A DNA stretch of 54,352 bases, filler included, from Squatina squatina (Eukaryota), in assembly GCA_031763465.1 (NCBI GenBank). It is 2 parts of 2 records of this genome, joined end to end, with 100 filler letters (N's around TTAATTAATTAA, not from the genome) between each part and the next. Parts side by side here need not be neighbours in the genome. Positions count along the whole stretch, not along the records: positions 1 to 22,676 come from JARFOE010000234.1; 1 more part is not named here. One strand, 5' to 3'. The notes beneath the pieces were generated by a model, which worked only from the letters and a program-made list of their open reading frames with translations, was not told where the DNA came from and searched no databases. The position numbers were made by a program, and so were the translations under genes. Position 1 is the stretch's first letter. Each line of letters opens with the position of its first letter. Below are positions 1 through 11,016 of the stretch, piece by piece.

Positions 1-67
1 CTGGAGTTTCAATATGTTCTTATTATGTACTCATAAACTACTCGCCTTGCTGCTTTGCTGTCCGCAG

Positions 68-267
68 GAGCCTACCTCTTCGGTCAGCGGTTTCCTCGTG
101 TTGTTAATGAATCAGTCGGATGGGCCAGACTCTGTCGCGAGTGCTGAAAACCAAGCTGCAGAAAATATCTGTTGCAAATCAGACACAGGTGGCAGCTACT
201 TCCACCTAAAACTGGAGCAGAATCCCACCTGGTTGCAACAAGGACGCAGTTACAGGGAATTTACCAG
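68..267 (+). CDS. POLN: Internal exon of DNA polymerase nu
   Basis: tgtccgcAG|GAG...ACCAG|GTgaga splice sites. Translates EPTSSVSGFLVLLMNQ...YFHLKLEQNPTWLQQGRSYREFTR, resembling human POLN PVSSVRGIVVLVKRQ...IYIQIEHSAIWDQEQEAHQQFAR as I recall it. NAT8L, its human 4p16 neighbour, follows in the scaffold. Confidence 0.7.
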
Positions 268-423
268 GTGAGAGCGAGCACAAAAATTGGGGTAGATTTT
301 AAGAGTTAGTGCTCTCGGTACAGAGCTTTGTGAGACAGGAATGCATTTTGGGAATTCAGGCGAAGGAGTCAGTGTGCCCTGCATGATTTTCCAATATAGA
401 AGGAAAGGCTTGCATTTACACAG

Positions 424-758
424 AGGGGCCGAAATTAGCCCTTTCTTTAGCCCCATTAGTGCCTCTGAGAGGCGGGGGGGGCAGATCTTGGCTCTCGGGA
501 AATTGCCTGGGAGGTTGTGGAAGTGCTAGATTCTTTTTGCCACGCCCCGCGATTATCGCCCCGGGCCGGTGCGCGACGTCATCAACATGCGCGCCGGCCC
601 CTCACCGGCCCGTGGTGATCCCTTTGTGCCCCGCGGGTGAAATTGCCCCGCAGGATGCGAGGCTGACAGCCGGCGATGGCATCGACAGCTTTGCGGGTCA
701 TGAAGCTGCCGGACATCACTGCCTGCCCCTCCCCTCAAAGTAGAAGGCATTTGCGCCC
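424..758. mobile_element. Left end of a GC/CpG-rich non-autonomous DNA transposon (Harbinger-like MITE)
   Basis: Begins AGGGGCCGAAATT, the terminal motif type shared by several CpG-rich elements in this window; truncated by a gap. Confidence 0.45.
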
Positions 759-858
759 NNNNNNNNNNNNNNNNNNNNNNNNNNNNNNNNNNNNNNNNNN
801 NNNNNNNNNNNNNNNNNNNNNNNNNNNNNNNNNNNNNNNNNNNNNNNNNNNNNNNNNN

Positions 859-2164
859 GGCAGTGAGAGCGCGAGGAACACACTGGTCACTGGAGGGTAA
901 TGAGAGAGATAGGAACACACTGGTCACTGTAGGGCTGTGAGAGGGAGAGGAACACACTGGCCACTGGAGGGTAGTGAGAGAGACAGGAACACACTGGTCA
1001 CTGCAGGGACAGTGATAGAGAGAGGGACACACTGGTCACTGTAGGGCTGTGAGAGAGTGAAACACACTGGTCACTGCAGGGCAGTTAGAGAGAGAGGAAC
1101 ACGCTGGTCATTGCAGGGCAGTTAGAGAGGGGAACACACTGGTCACTGGAGGGGGCGGTGAGAGAGAGATAAACACACTAGTCACTGGAGGGGGCAGCGA
1201 GAGACAGAGAGGAACATGCTGGTCACAGTAGGGCAGTGAGAGAGAGGAACACACTGGTCACTGGAGGGCAGTGAGAGAGAGAGAGAGGAACACACTGGTC
1301 ACTGAAGGATAGTTAGAAAGAGAGGAACACACTGGTCACTGCAGGGCCGTTAGTGAGAGGATCACACTGGTCACTGGAGGGCAGTAAGAGACAGAGAGGA
1401 ACACACTGGTCACTGGAGGGGGCAGTGAGAGAGTGAGACACACACTGGTCACCTGGAGGGGGCAGCAACAGACAGAGTGAACACACTGGACACTGGAGGG
1501 GGCGGTGAGAGACAGAGAGGGACACACTCATCACTGGAGGGAGCAGTGAGAGACAGAGAGGGACACACTTGTCACTGTAGGGGCAATGATAGAGAGAGAG
1601 GAAGACAATGGTCATTGGATGGGGCAGTGAGAGAGAGAGGAACACACTGGTCACTGGAGGGCAGTGAGAGAAAGAGGAACACACTGGTCACTGTAGGGCA
1701 GTGAGAGAGAGAGAGGAGCACACTGGTCACTGGAAGGGGCAGTGAGAGACAGAGAGGGACACACTCATCACTGTAGGGGCAATGATAGAGAGATAGGAAC
1801 ACACTGGTCACTGGAGGCGACAGTGAGAGAGAGGAACAAACTGGTCACTGGAGGGTAATGAGAGAGATAGGAACATACTGGTCACTGTAGGGCAGTGAGA
1901 GAGAGAGAGGAACACACTGGTCACTGGAAGGGGCAGTGAGAGACAGAAGGACACACTCGTTACTGTAGGGGCAATGATAGGAGATAGGAACACACTGGTC
2001 ATGGGAGGCGACAGTGAGAGAGAGGAACAAACTGGTCACTGGAGTGGTCAGCCAGAGCCAGAGAGGAACACACTGGTCACTGGAGGGGGCAGTGAGAGCG
2101 CGAGGAACACACTGGTCACTGGAGGGTAATGAGAGAGATAGGAACACACTGGTCACTGTAGGGC
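859..2164. repeat. Minisatellite array, unit ~35-40 bp (GAGGAACACACTGGTCACTG(G/T)AGGGCAGTGAGA)
   Basis: The whole contig consists of imperfect copies of this unit; its first and last 77 nt are identical. Confidence 0.97.
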
Positions 2165-2399
2165 NNNNNNNNNNNNNNNNNNNNNNNNNNNNNNNNNNNN
2201 NNNNNNNNNNNNNNNNNNNNNNNNNNNNNNNNNNNNNNNNNNNNNNNNNNNNNNNNNNNNNNNNTTTCCCACATTACAACAGTGACTACACTTCTAAAGT
2301 ACTTCATTAGCTGTTAAGCACTTTGGGATATCTGGTGGTCGTGAAAGGTGCTATAGAAAAATGCAAGTCTTTCTTTATTAAAGCTCCAACGTGCTGGAT

Positions 2400-2587
2400 T
2401 ATGGAAAGGAGAGTCACCAAGTCATGATCACACTGTACAGTGCTCTGGTCAGATTGCAGATTGAGTACTGTGACCAGTTCTGATGAGCAAACGGACATTC
2501 AAGTGCTGGAGGCAGTGCAGAGAAGAGCCACGAGGCTGATCCCCAAGTGCCAACAGTCTGAGTTATGAGCAATGACTGGAGGGACTT
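2400..2587 (+). mobile_element. Decayed CR1 LINE ORF2 3' fragment
   Basis: ctggaggcagtgcagagaagagccacgaggctgatcccc...ctgagttatgag corresponds to the CR1 LEAVQRRATRLIP...LSYE motif. Confidence 0.7.
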
Positions 2588-3327
2588 GGGGGCCCCAATT
2601 CGGCTGCACTGAAATGGGCCGCTGAATTTGGAGCCCCGAAGCCCAGTGTGCAACACGTCACTGGCGACGCACAATGATGTGGACTTGGGCTCTCTGTTGA
2701 TGTTTCGGGCCAGGGTAACACAACAACGCTGAATCAGCATTGCCACGGCGCTGACCTGGCAGTGACCCCGCCAATGCCGCATCACATCCGGGTTGCGTCA
2801 CAGGCTTTTGCCAAAGAGGAGGATTGACGGCCCACCAGGCCATCATGTTAGTGGCAAAAAATTTTTAAGCTGTCGGCTTGGGGTGGGGAGGGTGGTTCCT
2901 CGGGGGAGATCGGCCACCAGACATAGGCTGACAATGACGTCGGCCAATGGTTAAAGATGGCATCCAATGCTGCAGGCCATGCGCCTTTAAGGGCCCCTGG
3001 TGATAACAGGTGAAACCTGTCGTTGCCAGCACCAGTGACACCGGGGTGGCATGGGGGGAGAAAGGCTGCCTCCAATTTCGGAGACAGCCCCCCCCCCCCA
3101 ACCCCGGCGCACATGGGGGTCGTGGGCAGGCGCTGAGGGGTCAGTATGCGACATGATGACGTCGCGTGTCCGACGCCGGCGCCAATTGCGTTCCTGGTGG
3201 CAGAGCATTTACGCCATTGGGATACCAGGCCCAAGGCCTCAGTTTTCATTCTTAGGCCTCTATGCTGATTTCACGCCCGGTTTAATCGTCACAATCCAGG
3301 CGTGAGGTCAGACGAATTGGGGTCCCC
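2588..3327. mobile_element. Complete 740-bp TIR element (MITE, probably PIF/Harbinger) nested in CR1
   Basis: Left GGGGGCCCCAATTCGGCTG (2588-2606) and right CAGACGAATTGGGGTCCCC (3309-3327) are inverted repeats matching at 17/19; CR1-like sequence resumes after it. Confidence 0.75.
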
Positions 3328-4203
3328 TAGGATTCTTCCAACTACACATTTAATCCATTAAAAGAANNNNNNNNNNNNNNNNNNNNNNNNNNNNNNNNNN
3401 NNNNNNNNNNNNNNNNNNNNNNNNNNNNNNNNNNNNNNNNNNNNNNNNNNNNNNNNNNNNNNNNNNCCAAACGTTCCCATTCACGAGGTGGTTGGTGTCC
3501 TCCCTCCTGTCTCAGTACCAGGGTTGCATCGTGTGATATACAAAAACAAAAGGAATTCAGAAAGTTGGCAACATTTTCTATGCAAGAGTATTCTGGCAAG
3601 AAAATCCTTAACCTCAGCTGCAAACTTGGACAATCGATGCTGTGTTTCAGGAGGATTGCCATTCAAAGCGCATTCCAATTAAAGGAATAAGAGCTGCTTC
3701 ACGGGGAGTGCAGACCCGAATGTTCTCAAATAGCTGTGGAACTACCTGTATGCATGGGAAAGAAGTAATATTAAACACCCAACTGAAGGGAATCATTGTA
3801 GACCATGAGATAAAGGCCAGTGGCTGGTACTCAAGAGTACTGTAACTTTAGATCTGTTTTTGAGCGCATTTCTGCAGGCGCGTATGAAAAGGCTTTTGTC
3901 TGATTACTCAGTCTGTCTAGAGAAGCTGTACATGATATAACAAAGTCACTTCATTCACGTGGTAATCAAAAGGCTTAGCTCTTGAGAACTCTGTTTTCTA
4001 TCCAAAGCNNNNNNNNNNNNNNNNNNNNNNNNNNNNNNNNNNNNNNNNNNNNNNNNNNNNNNNNNNNNNNNNNNNNNNNNNNNNNNNNNNNNNNNNNNNN
4101 NNNNNNNNTGGTGATTTTGTTTTGTGTTAAGATGCAGAAAAGCCTCAAGGGCAAATAGTTAATTTTTTTTAAATGTTACTTACATTTAAAAAAAAAGTTT
4201 TAC

Positions 4204-4318
4204 CTTCTTTTAAAGTCCACTTGATCTCCCCAGTCCGTTTGCTGACAGCATGCAGGTTCCCATCGAGTGTGGATACAAAGAGCAGAGTTTCCGGGAGAGT
4301 CACTGTGCTGGCAGCACA
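4204..4318 (-). CDS. ERN1: IRE1 (ERN1/ERN2) exon 2, start of luminal domain
   Basis: ttgtaccAG|TGT...AAAGAAG|GTaaaa. Translates [38 protein letters not shown], near-identical to ERN1 [35 protein letters not shown]; ERN2 paralog not excluded. Confidence 0.88.
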
Positions 4319-4699
4319 CTGGTACAAGAAAAAGGGTATTTACTCTCAAAATCCAAAGAGGAAATAAATCAAAATATCAATCCATCTAAGTTCAACTTGC
4401 TTTTTTTTCTCCATAGGCCAAGGACACTGACACCAATTGCAGCACCATTACTGCCTGAGATTCTCAGTGGAGCTTGTCATATAGGCTTGGCATGTACAGT
4501 ACTCAAACACTCACATTTTGATGTCACTGTCTCCAGGTCGCCCCATTATTTCAGCTCTTTAACTTTTATTGTCTAAACTTTGAGTTTTAGGAATCAAATT
4601 CCCTGAAACACAAGATTGCTACAAGCAGATCAACGCCCAACATCATGCAATACAGAGTTACAAGACATAGGTCCTTCTCTACACCTCACTGACCGATCC

Positions 4700-5400
4700 C
4701 TGGACAAACACATCTTCACTGGGAGAGAAAAGCGGGATTAGAAGTTGCCAACTAGCTCAGGTGGCTGAAGAGTACAGTCAGCAAAGGTCAGAGTGCGGAT
4801 CACTTGTCCATGTTCTGGACTGGAAATGGTGCAATAGCAGGAAGCAGTCAAGTTGTAAAAAGCATCAGAAAATCAATATTTCAGCATTATTTCATGATGT
4901 GGTAAAACATAAGCATCATTAACACTCCTTCATTTGCTGATGATATCGATCTTATAGTTGTGGATGCGCAGAAATGAAGAGAGTCAAAGCAGCTAATAGA
5001 ACCTGTGTAACGACTCATGCAATGGCCCCAGACAGCAGCTTTCGGACAGACAGGCACGGTGAAAATAGCAGAGAGAATTGATGCACATTATGGTTGGGAA
5101 GCAAACAGTGGCAGAAGGTGACAGAATTCAATTACATGGGCAGGGCCTTCAATCAAACTAGCAACTGCTCAGGGGAGATAAAGAGAAAACGAAACTGGCA
5201 ACAAGGTGACTGCTGCTTTGCAGACAGTTCAGAAAGACAGTAACATTGCGTTCGGGGACTAGGTCAATGCAGCCCAGCATCTTCCCAGTCTTCCAGTAAG
5301 GCGCTGAAGGCGGGCAGCTGACAGATAGTTGAATAGCATTTGAAACTAACTTGTTATGTCAGATGCTACAAGGTCATATTGTTTAAAGCACCTTAAGGTC
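4700..5400 (+). mobile_element. Heavily decayed RTE-clade LINE reverse transcriptase remnant
   Basis: INTPSFADDIDLI (~4918-4956) and a downstream FNYMG...EIKRK motif, with many stops and frameshifts. Confidence 0.6.
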
Positions 5401-5901
5401 ATCAGTACAAAAATAGGGCCTGTGGTTCTCTGAAATCCACTCTCATTCTTCTAAANNNNNNNNNNNNNNNNNNNNNNNNNNNNNNNNNNNNNNNNNNNNN
5501 NNNNNNNNNNNNNNNNNNNNNNNNNNNNNNNNNNNNNNNNNNNNNNNNNNNNNNNATCATTGATATGGTGGTGGTGATGGTGGGGGAGGGAGGGAGGTGG
5601 AGGAGGAGGATGGGGGCATGTGTTTCCATGGAAAACACAGCCTCCGATCTGCTCAACTGACATCATTCAGCCCAAACGGAAAAAAAAAAACTAAAAGCAA
5701 AACTCAAAAAAAAACCTAACGGCAGCATAGAGACTGCTGTGCGCACGCGGAGGGTTTAGCTCACAGTCACCCGATTATGGAAAGGAGGGAGAAACTCAAT
5801 GCTTATTTTACAATATGCAACATGGGATCAAGAATGTTCAAATGACTGAATCTTGCTGGCTTGTGAAGACAATGGAAATAAGAGTTATGATATTGGATGC
5901 A

Positions 5902-5904
<3 letters not shown>

Positions 5905-5931
<27 letters not shown>
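5905..5931. repeat. (CT)n microsatellite, likely in the NAT8L 3' UTR
   Basis: Direct dinucleotide run. Confidence 0.9.
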
Positions 5932-5932
<1 letters not shown>

Positions 5933-6917
5933 AGTTTTGGCAGCACACAGCACATCCAAGTATTTATTTTTATTTTTATTTTTTTAAAAAAGTGCATGTC
6001 AGAGCCCAGGCGCAAGTGAATCAGGCCAGGCCAGGCCAGGATGATCTTCTTGGCGTTTCTGCACTTCCTCTTCATGCAGCAGAGCAAGCTGGGATTTGAT
6101 CTCGAAGAGTATAACACTAAGAACTACTGACATGAAGGGAGTTATATTCACACTGGCACGGAGGGGCGGTGGGGTTCGGGGTTGGGGGGAAAGAGTACTA
6201 ATCNNNNNNNNNNNNNNNNNNNNNNNNNNNNNNNNNNNNNNNNNNNNNNNNNNNNNNNNNNNNNNNNNNNNNNNNNNNNNNNNNNNNNNNNNNNNNNNNN
6301 NNNNNNNNNNNNNNNNNNNNNNNNNNNNNNNNNNNNNNNNNNNNNNNNNNNNNNNNNNNNNNNNNNNNNNNNNNNNNNNNNNNNNNNNNNNNNNNNNNNN
6401 NNNNNNNNNNNNNNNNNNNNNNNNNNNNNNNNNNNNNNNNNNNNNNNNNNNNNNNNNNNNNNNNNNNNNNNNNNNNNNNNNNNNNNNNNNNNNNNNNNNN
6501 NNNNNNNNNNNNNNNNNNNNNNNNNNNNNNNNNNNNNNNNNNNNNNNNNNNNNNNNNNNNNNNNNNNNNNNNNNNNNNNNNNNNNNNNNNNNNNNNNNNN
6601 NNNNNNNNNNNNNNNNNNNNNNNNNNNNNNNNNNNNNNNNNNNNNNNNNNNNNNNNNNNNNNNNNNNNNNNNNNNNNNNNNNNNNNNNNNNNNNNNNNNN
6701 NNNNNNNNNNNNNNNNNNNNNNNNNNNNNNNNNNNNNNNNNNNNNNNNNNNNNNNNNNNNNNNNNNNNNNNNNNNNNNNNNNNNNNNNNNNNNNNNNNNN
6801 NNNNNNNNNNNNNNNNNNNNNNNNNNNNNNNNNNNNNNNNNNNNNNNNNNNNNNNNNNNNNNNNNNNNNNNNNNNNNNNNNNNNNNNNNNNNNNNNNNNN
6901 NNNNNNNNNNNNNNNNN

Positions 6918-7060
6918 CAGGGCCTTGGCAATGCCTTTCCCCCGCTGGTCAAAGTCCACGGACATGCGGCGAAGTTCCACTGTGTTGTCCTCCTCGTTGC
7001 CTCTGGCAGCCACGATGCCCACAACATTCCCATCCAAAACTGCAACCCAGAAGCAGGAGC
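6918..7060 (-). CDS. NAT8L: N-acetylaspartate synthetase, last coding exon (partial, runs into gap)
   Basis: ttgtcacAG|GCTCC acceptor; GSCFWVAVLDGNVVGIVAARGNEEDNTVELRRMSVDFDQRGKGIAKAL matches NAT8L including the GNAT RGKGIA acetyl-CoA motif. Confidence 0.95.
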
Positions 7061-7560
7061 CTGTGACAAGAAGAACAGGTGTCTCAACATTTTGGGGATT
7101 GACAATTGGGTTTCTCTTGACAAGGGTAGATATCGACTTTGTGCGATTGTGTAAAAGATGTGAGGGNNNNNNNNNNGATGTAAACGGACTGTTTACACTA
7201 TCACACAAAATCAAAATCTACCACGACAACATTTCACTAATACCGACAATAAAAATATAGAAAAATCTTCAAGCATTAGTTCTTTATACTTGTGTCTCAA
7301 AATTCATAAAATCAACACATGATTAAACATGATAACTTTGAGAGGGGATGGTAGTGCACAGAAATCAATGCATAAGCTGGTAAAAACTGGGTTAAATATT
7401 TATCTCGGACAGTTGGCTGAGCGTCTCGCCCCTCCTCCAACCCCGTCCCCCACTNNNNNNNNNNNNNNNNNNNNNNNNNNNNNNNNNNNNNNNNNNNNNN
7501 NNNNNNNNNNNNNNNNNNNNNNNNNNNNNNNNNNNNNNNNNNNNNNNNNNNNNNTATCAT

Positions 7561-7720
7561 CCAATCAAACTCAATGATCACTGATCTTCTGTCCAATCAA
7601 AAGGAATGATCACAGATCTTCCATCCAATGAAACTGAATGATTGCAGATCTCCCGTCCCATCAAACTCAATGATCGCAGATCTTTCATCCAATCAAATGG
7701 AACGATCGCAGATCTTCAGT
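7561..7720. repeat. Five tandem 32-bp units (CCAATCAAAnnnAATGATCnCAGATCTTnnnT)
   Basis: Units start at 7561, 7593, 7625, 7657 and 7689. Confidence 0.92.
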
Positions 7721-8063
7721 TTATAAAGCAAACTGAACGTGTATAGGTCTTCACTGACAATCTTTTGAGATCCACTATTTTCAGGAGTTAAAATAAATGT
7801 TGTAAGTGTCTGCACTGTTGCTGACAACATGCAGACTTTACTCAAGTGAGTATGTGGCTGGCAGTCTGGATAAAAACAGCATTGACCTGGGCTTATTGTC
7901 CAACAGAAAAGCAGGATAATTGGCCATCAGCTGAGCTGTGCCGCCTCCCCTCCCCTGCACAGCTCGCTATGACCAAGAAACCCTCAACAATTGAAGATCA
8001 AAGAACTGAGAACAGCTCATAATTTGCTGTCAGCGCTACATGAATAATAGCTACACAAAGTAC

Positions 8064-8212
8064 CTGTGAGCGATGAAAAAAGGCAAGAATCAGGCTGCAG
8101 AACTTGTTCCACTGGAGACACGAGTTCTGTCACAGGAAGACTCCTTTTAGGTGGGGAGAGACGTTCGGGGTTTTCCGCTCCTGTGCTCGCCAACCTCTCA
8201 TTTTCCACCCAT
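8064..8212 (-). CDS. Candidate internal exon of an unidentified gene
   Basis: cctttaaaacAG|A TGG...CTCACAG|GTactt; open frame WVENERLASTGAENPERLSPPKRSLPVTELVSPVEQVLQPDSCLFSSLT; no homolog recognised. Confidence 0.3.
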
Positions 8213-8724
8213 CTGTTTTAAAGGACAGGGATCAGGGGCTGCAAGCACAGAATCAGAAAACCTTCGTCAGCTTGTCTCTGTCACATATGAAATTGGTTTA
8301 ATTTGCACCAACTTCACCTTTAAGCCCATAAAAATATATAGATCATCTGTTCATTCATATTATTGTGGGACCTTACTGTGCATAAAGTGGCTGCCACGCT
8401 TCCCAATGTTAGAACAGTGACTACACTTCAAAAAGTACTGAGTGTCCTGAGCTAATCAAAGATAAATGCAAGTCTTTCGTTCTTTAAAAATACTCAAACT
8501 TTCTTGCTTTTGTTTTGCTTTGAGTTTTCCCTTCTTTCAATCATTTGCTCGTTTCCCGAGCTCCACCAGCTCTAGTAATTCACTGTTAGCTGGCTGAGGA
8601 TTGAACATGAGATATGGGCCTGGGATTACCATGGAGTGGGGGGATTTGGCCCGATCTCCTGTCGTAACATCAGCGGGAGATCGGTGAGAAATTGGGACAA
8701 TGCCCATGGAAATCACAGAGAAGG

Positions 8725-8947
8725 ATAAGAGGTGATCTAATAGAGGTTTTGAGTAGATAGAGAAAAACAATTTCCTCTGCTGAGTGGGGCAATAAATGGA
8801 GGTCGTAGATTCAAAATTATTGGAAAAAGATCTCGAGGGGAGATGAGTCAAAGGTTATGGGAAAGTGGAGTCAGACCAGCCATGTTCTCATCGAATGGCG
8901 GAGCAGGCTCGAGGGGTGCAATGGCCTACTCCTGCTCCTATGTTCTT
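8725..8947 (+). mobile_element. CR1 LINE 3' end
   Basis: agaggtgatctaatagagg and the shark CR1 tail gaatggcggagcaggctcgaggg...atggcctactcctgctcctatgttctt. Confidence 0.8.
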
Positions 8948-9460
8948 AAATCTGCGATGTTCCTAGTTGTATAGCTCAATTCTACAATGGGCAGCGCACT
9001 TACCAATTGAGGCACCGGGGGAGCAGCTCAAAGAGGTTTGACACAAAGCACAAACTGTAAGGAGTGGATTTGTTTACAGCTGCTTTTCAGAACCTGATGC
9101 GACAGGCGATCGGAAGGCCAGAGTTCAAAAGTTTTGACTGACATTTACACTCGGGTGTCTTTAGGATCAGGGTGTTGAATGAAAGAAAGAGATGTAGCAA
9201 TGGTTTGCCACATCACCCACAAGGCGGGAAAGGGAGAGGAAATGGTGGGATCACTTCCCATGTTGTTCTTCTGTTGTACCAAACAATGAAGAGCAGAAAA
9301 GGCTAAGAGGAGATTTGATAGAGGTGTTTAAAATCATGAAGGGTTTAGATAGACTAAATANNNNNNNNNNNNNNNNNNNNNNNNNNNNNNNNNNNNNNNN
9401 NNNNNNNNNNNNNNNNNNNNNNNNNNNNNNNNNNNNNNNNNNNNNNNNNNNNNNNNNNNN

Positions 9461-9873
9461 CCTCTGACCTTTCTATATATAGGTATAGCCTGATTCTCAG
9501 ATGTGTTTGCAATCGGACATCTGTCATACCCGCCCTTTTTCTGCTTCATCATATTCCTTATCTGTTTCATCATCGAGGAAGCTCTGACTTTAGTTGCCCT
9601 ACCTTTCCCCCTCATGGGAATGTACCTCGACTGTACCCGAACTATTTCCTCTTTAAAGGCAGCCCATTGTTCCACTACAGGTTTGTTTGCCAATCTTTGA
9701 TTCCAGTTTACCCGGTCCAGATCCGTTCTCATCCTACTGAAATTGGCCTACCCCTCGAGTAAAACATTTTTTACTCTGGATTGCTCCCTGTCTTTTTTCC
9801 TTAGCTAATCTAAACCTTATGATACTATGATCACTGTTCCCTAACTGTTCACCTACTGACACTTGCTCCACTT
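9461..9873 (-). mobile_element. CR1 LINE ORF2 fragment (region just after the endonuclease)
   Basis: VSVGEQLGNSDHSIIRF and MRTDLDRVNWNQRL...EQWAAFKEEIVRVQSRYIP motifs. Confidence 0.85.
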
Positions 9874-9956
9874 GCATGTACTGCTCCCTGTGTAGTCTTA
9901 AGATGAAGTTATTTGTCAATATTACTGTCTCAAGCAGTGTACCTATGTTTTTGCAG

Positions 9957-10024
9957 CGCTGGGCTATGGATTGCTGTGCCTCGGAATGGCGTACATCGCA
10001 TCACTGATGGGCTCGGTGCTACAG
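9957..10024 (+). CDS. SLC5A6: Sodium-dependent multivitamin transporter exon
   Basis: tttgcAG|CG...CTACAG|GTgctg; (A)LGYGLLCLGMAYIASLMGSVLQ matches SMVT. Confidence 0.92.
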
Positions 10025-10113
10025 GTGCTGTATGATATGCCTCTCTTTGAATATATTTGGGTTGCCCCCCGAGTGCCTGGATTTTTTTGACATGTTTTTT
10101 TTTTCAAATGTAG

Positions 10114-10200
10114 GCCGCGTTGAGTATTTTTGGGATGGTTGGAGGCCCACTACTCGGAATTTTCTGCCTGGGAATGTTTTTCCCCATGGCTAATTCTGCG
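10114..10200 (+). CDS. SLC5A6: SMVT exon (87 nt)
   Basis: aaatgtAG|GCC...TCTGCG|GTgagt; [29 protein letters not shown]. Confidence 0.95.
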
Positions 10201-10364
10201 GTGAGTTTTTGTTTTAAATACTGTTCCTTTCTGGTTTGGCAGTATGTTTATGTTGAGGTAAGTTCATCAGCTAACTTGGTAAGTTAAATTACTTGACTCA
10301 AAGGTTTAATTGGGAGGGGGTGTTGAGTAGATATCCTCCTGTTAATGCTGTGCTAATGTGAGTA

Positions 10365-10720
10365 TGGTGGTGTAGTGGACTAATTGGACTAATCAAGAGA
10401 ATGCAAGTTCAAATCCCTTCAATGTCCTTTGAAAATTTGAATTAATTTTTTCAATTAAAAATGTGAATAAAAGGCTGGTATCAGTAAAAGTGACCCTGAA
10501 GCTGTTGGATTGTCATTAAAAACCCAACTAATGTCCTTTAGGGAAGAAATCCTGCCGTCCTGACTCCAGTCTGGGCCTATGCATGACTCCAGTCCCATAC
10601 CAACATGGTTGACTCTTAACTGCACTCTGAAGTGGCCAAGCAAGCCACTCAGTCAGGGCCACTTGGGATAAGCAATTCATGCCGGCCTTGCCAGCGATGC
10701 CCCCATCCTGAGAATTTTAT
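10365..10720 (+). mobile_element. Shark SINE (tRNA-like head); second copy at ~11340-11600
   Basis: The two intronic copies share aaaacccaact...aatgtcctttagg...cctgcc...ggttga; B-box-like GTTCAAATCC at ~10407. Confidence 0.7.
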
Positions 10721-10852
10721 ATTTAAATGGGATGATTTTGCTGAGTTAATTTTCTGTGGGTCACTAGTATATTTAAATCTTGCGTGTTAAGAGGTTTTGC
10801 TGACTAACAGACTCTTATTCTGGCTGACTCCTCTTTGTCTTGTATGTAATAG

Positions 10853-11016
10853 GGAGCGATTACCGGATTGGTGGCGGGTTTGATAATGGCATTCTGGATC
10901 GGAATCGGCAGTATTGTTTCCAAACAAGCAGCTCTTCCATTAAATGGGACCATTATCCAGAATGCAACCAGCGTCATGGCAGCAGTCAACCTGACGACCG
11001 TGGTGACAAGTGCAGG
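10853..11016 (+). CDS. SLC5A6: SMVT exon (transmembrane helix plus N-glycosylated loop)
   Basis: gtaatAG|GGA...GCAGG|GTaagt; [24 protein letters not shown] matches SLC5A6 [22 protein letters not shown]. Confidence 0.93.

Noticed and set aside
859-2164. CRISPR-like array or Cys/His-rich ORFs
   Set aside because: No unique spacers and a eukaryotic context; the ORFs are translations of a minisatellite.
2474-2500. Second hammerhead (agttCTGATGAg)
   Set aside because: No stem II or GAAA box; it is a mutated CR1 QFW segment.
3467-4008. Possible exons in this repeat-free contig
   Set aside because: Several acceptor-like sites but only short frames and no recognisable protein.
5999-7214. Long ORFs (294-374 aa) in the ORF track
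   Set aside because: They span the 714-N gap; only the NAT8L exon part is real.
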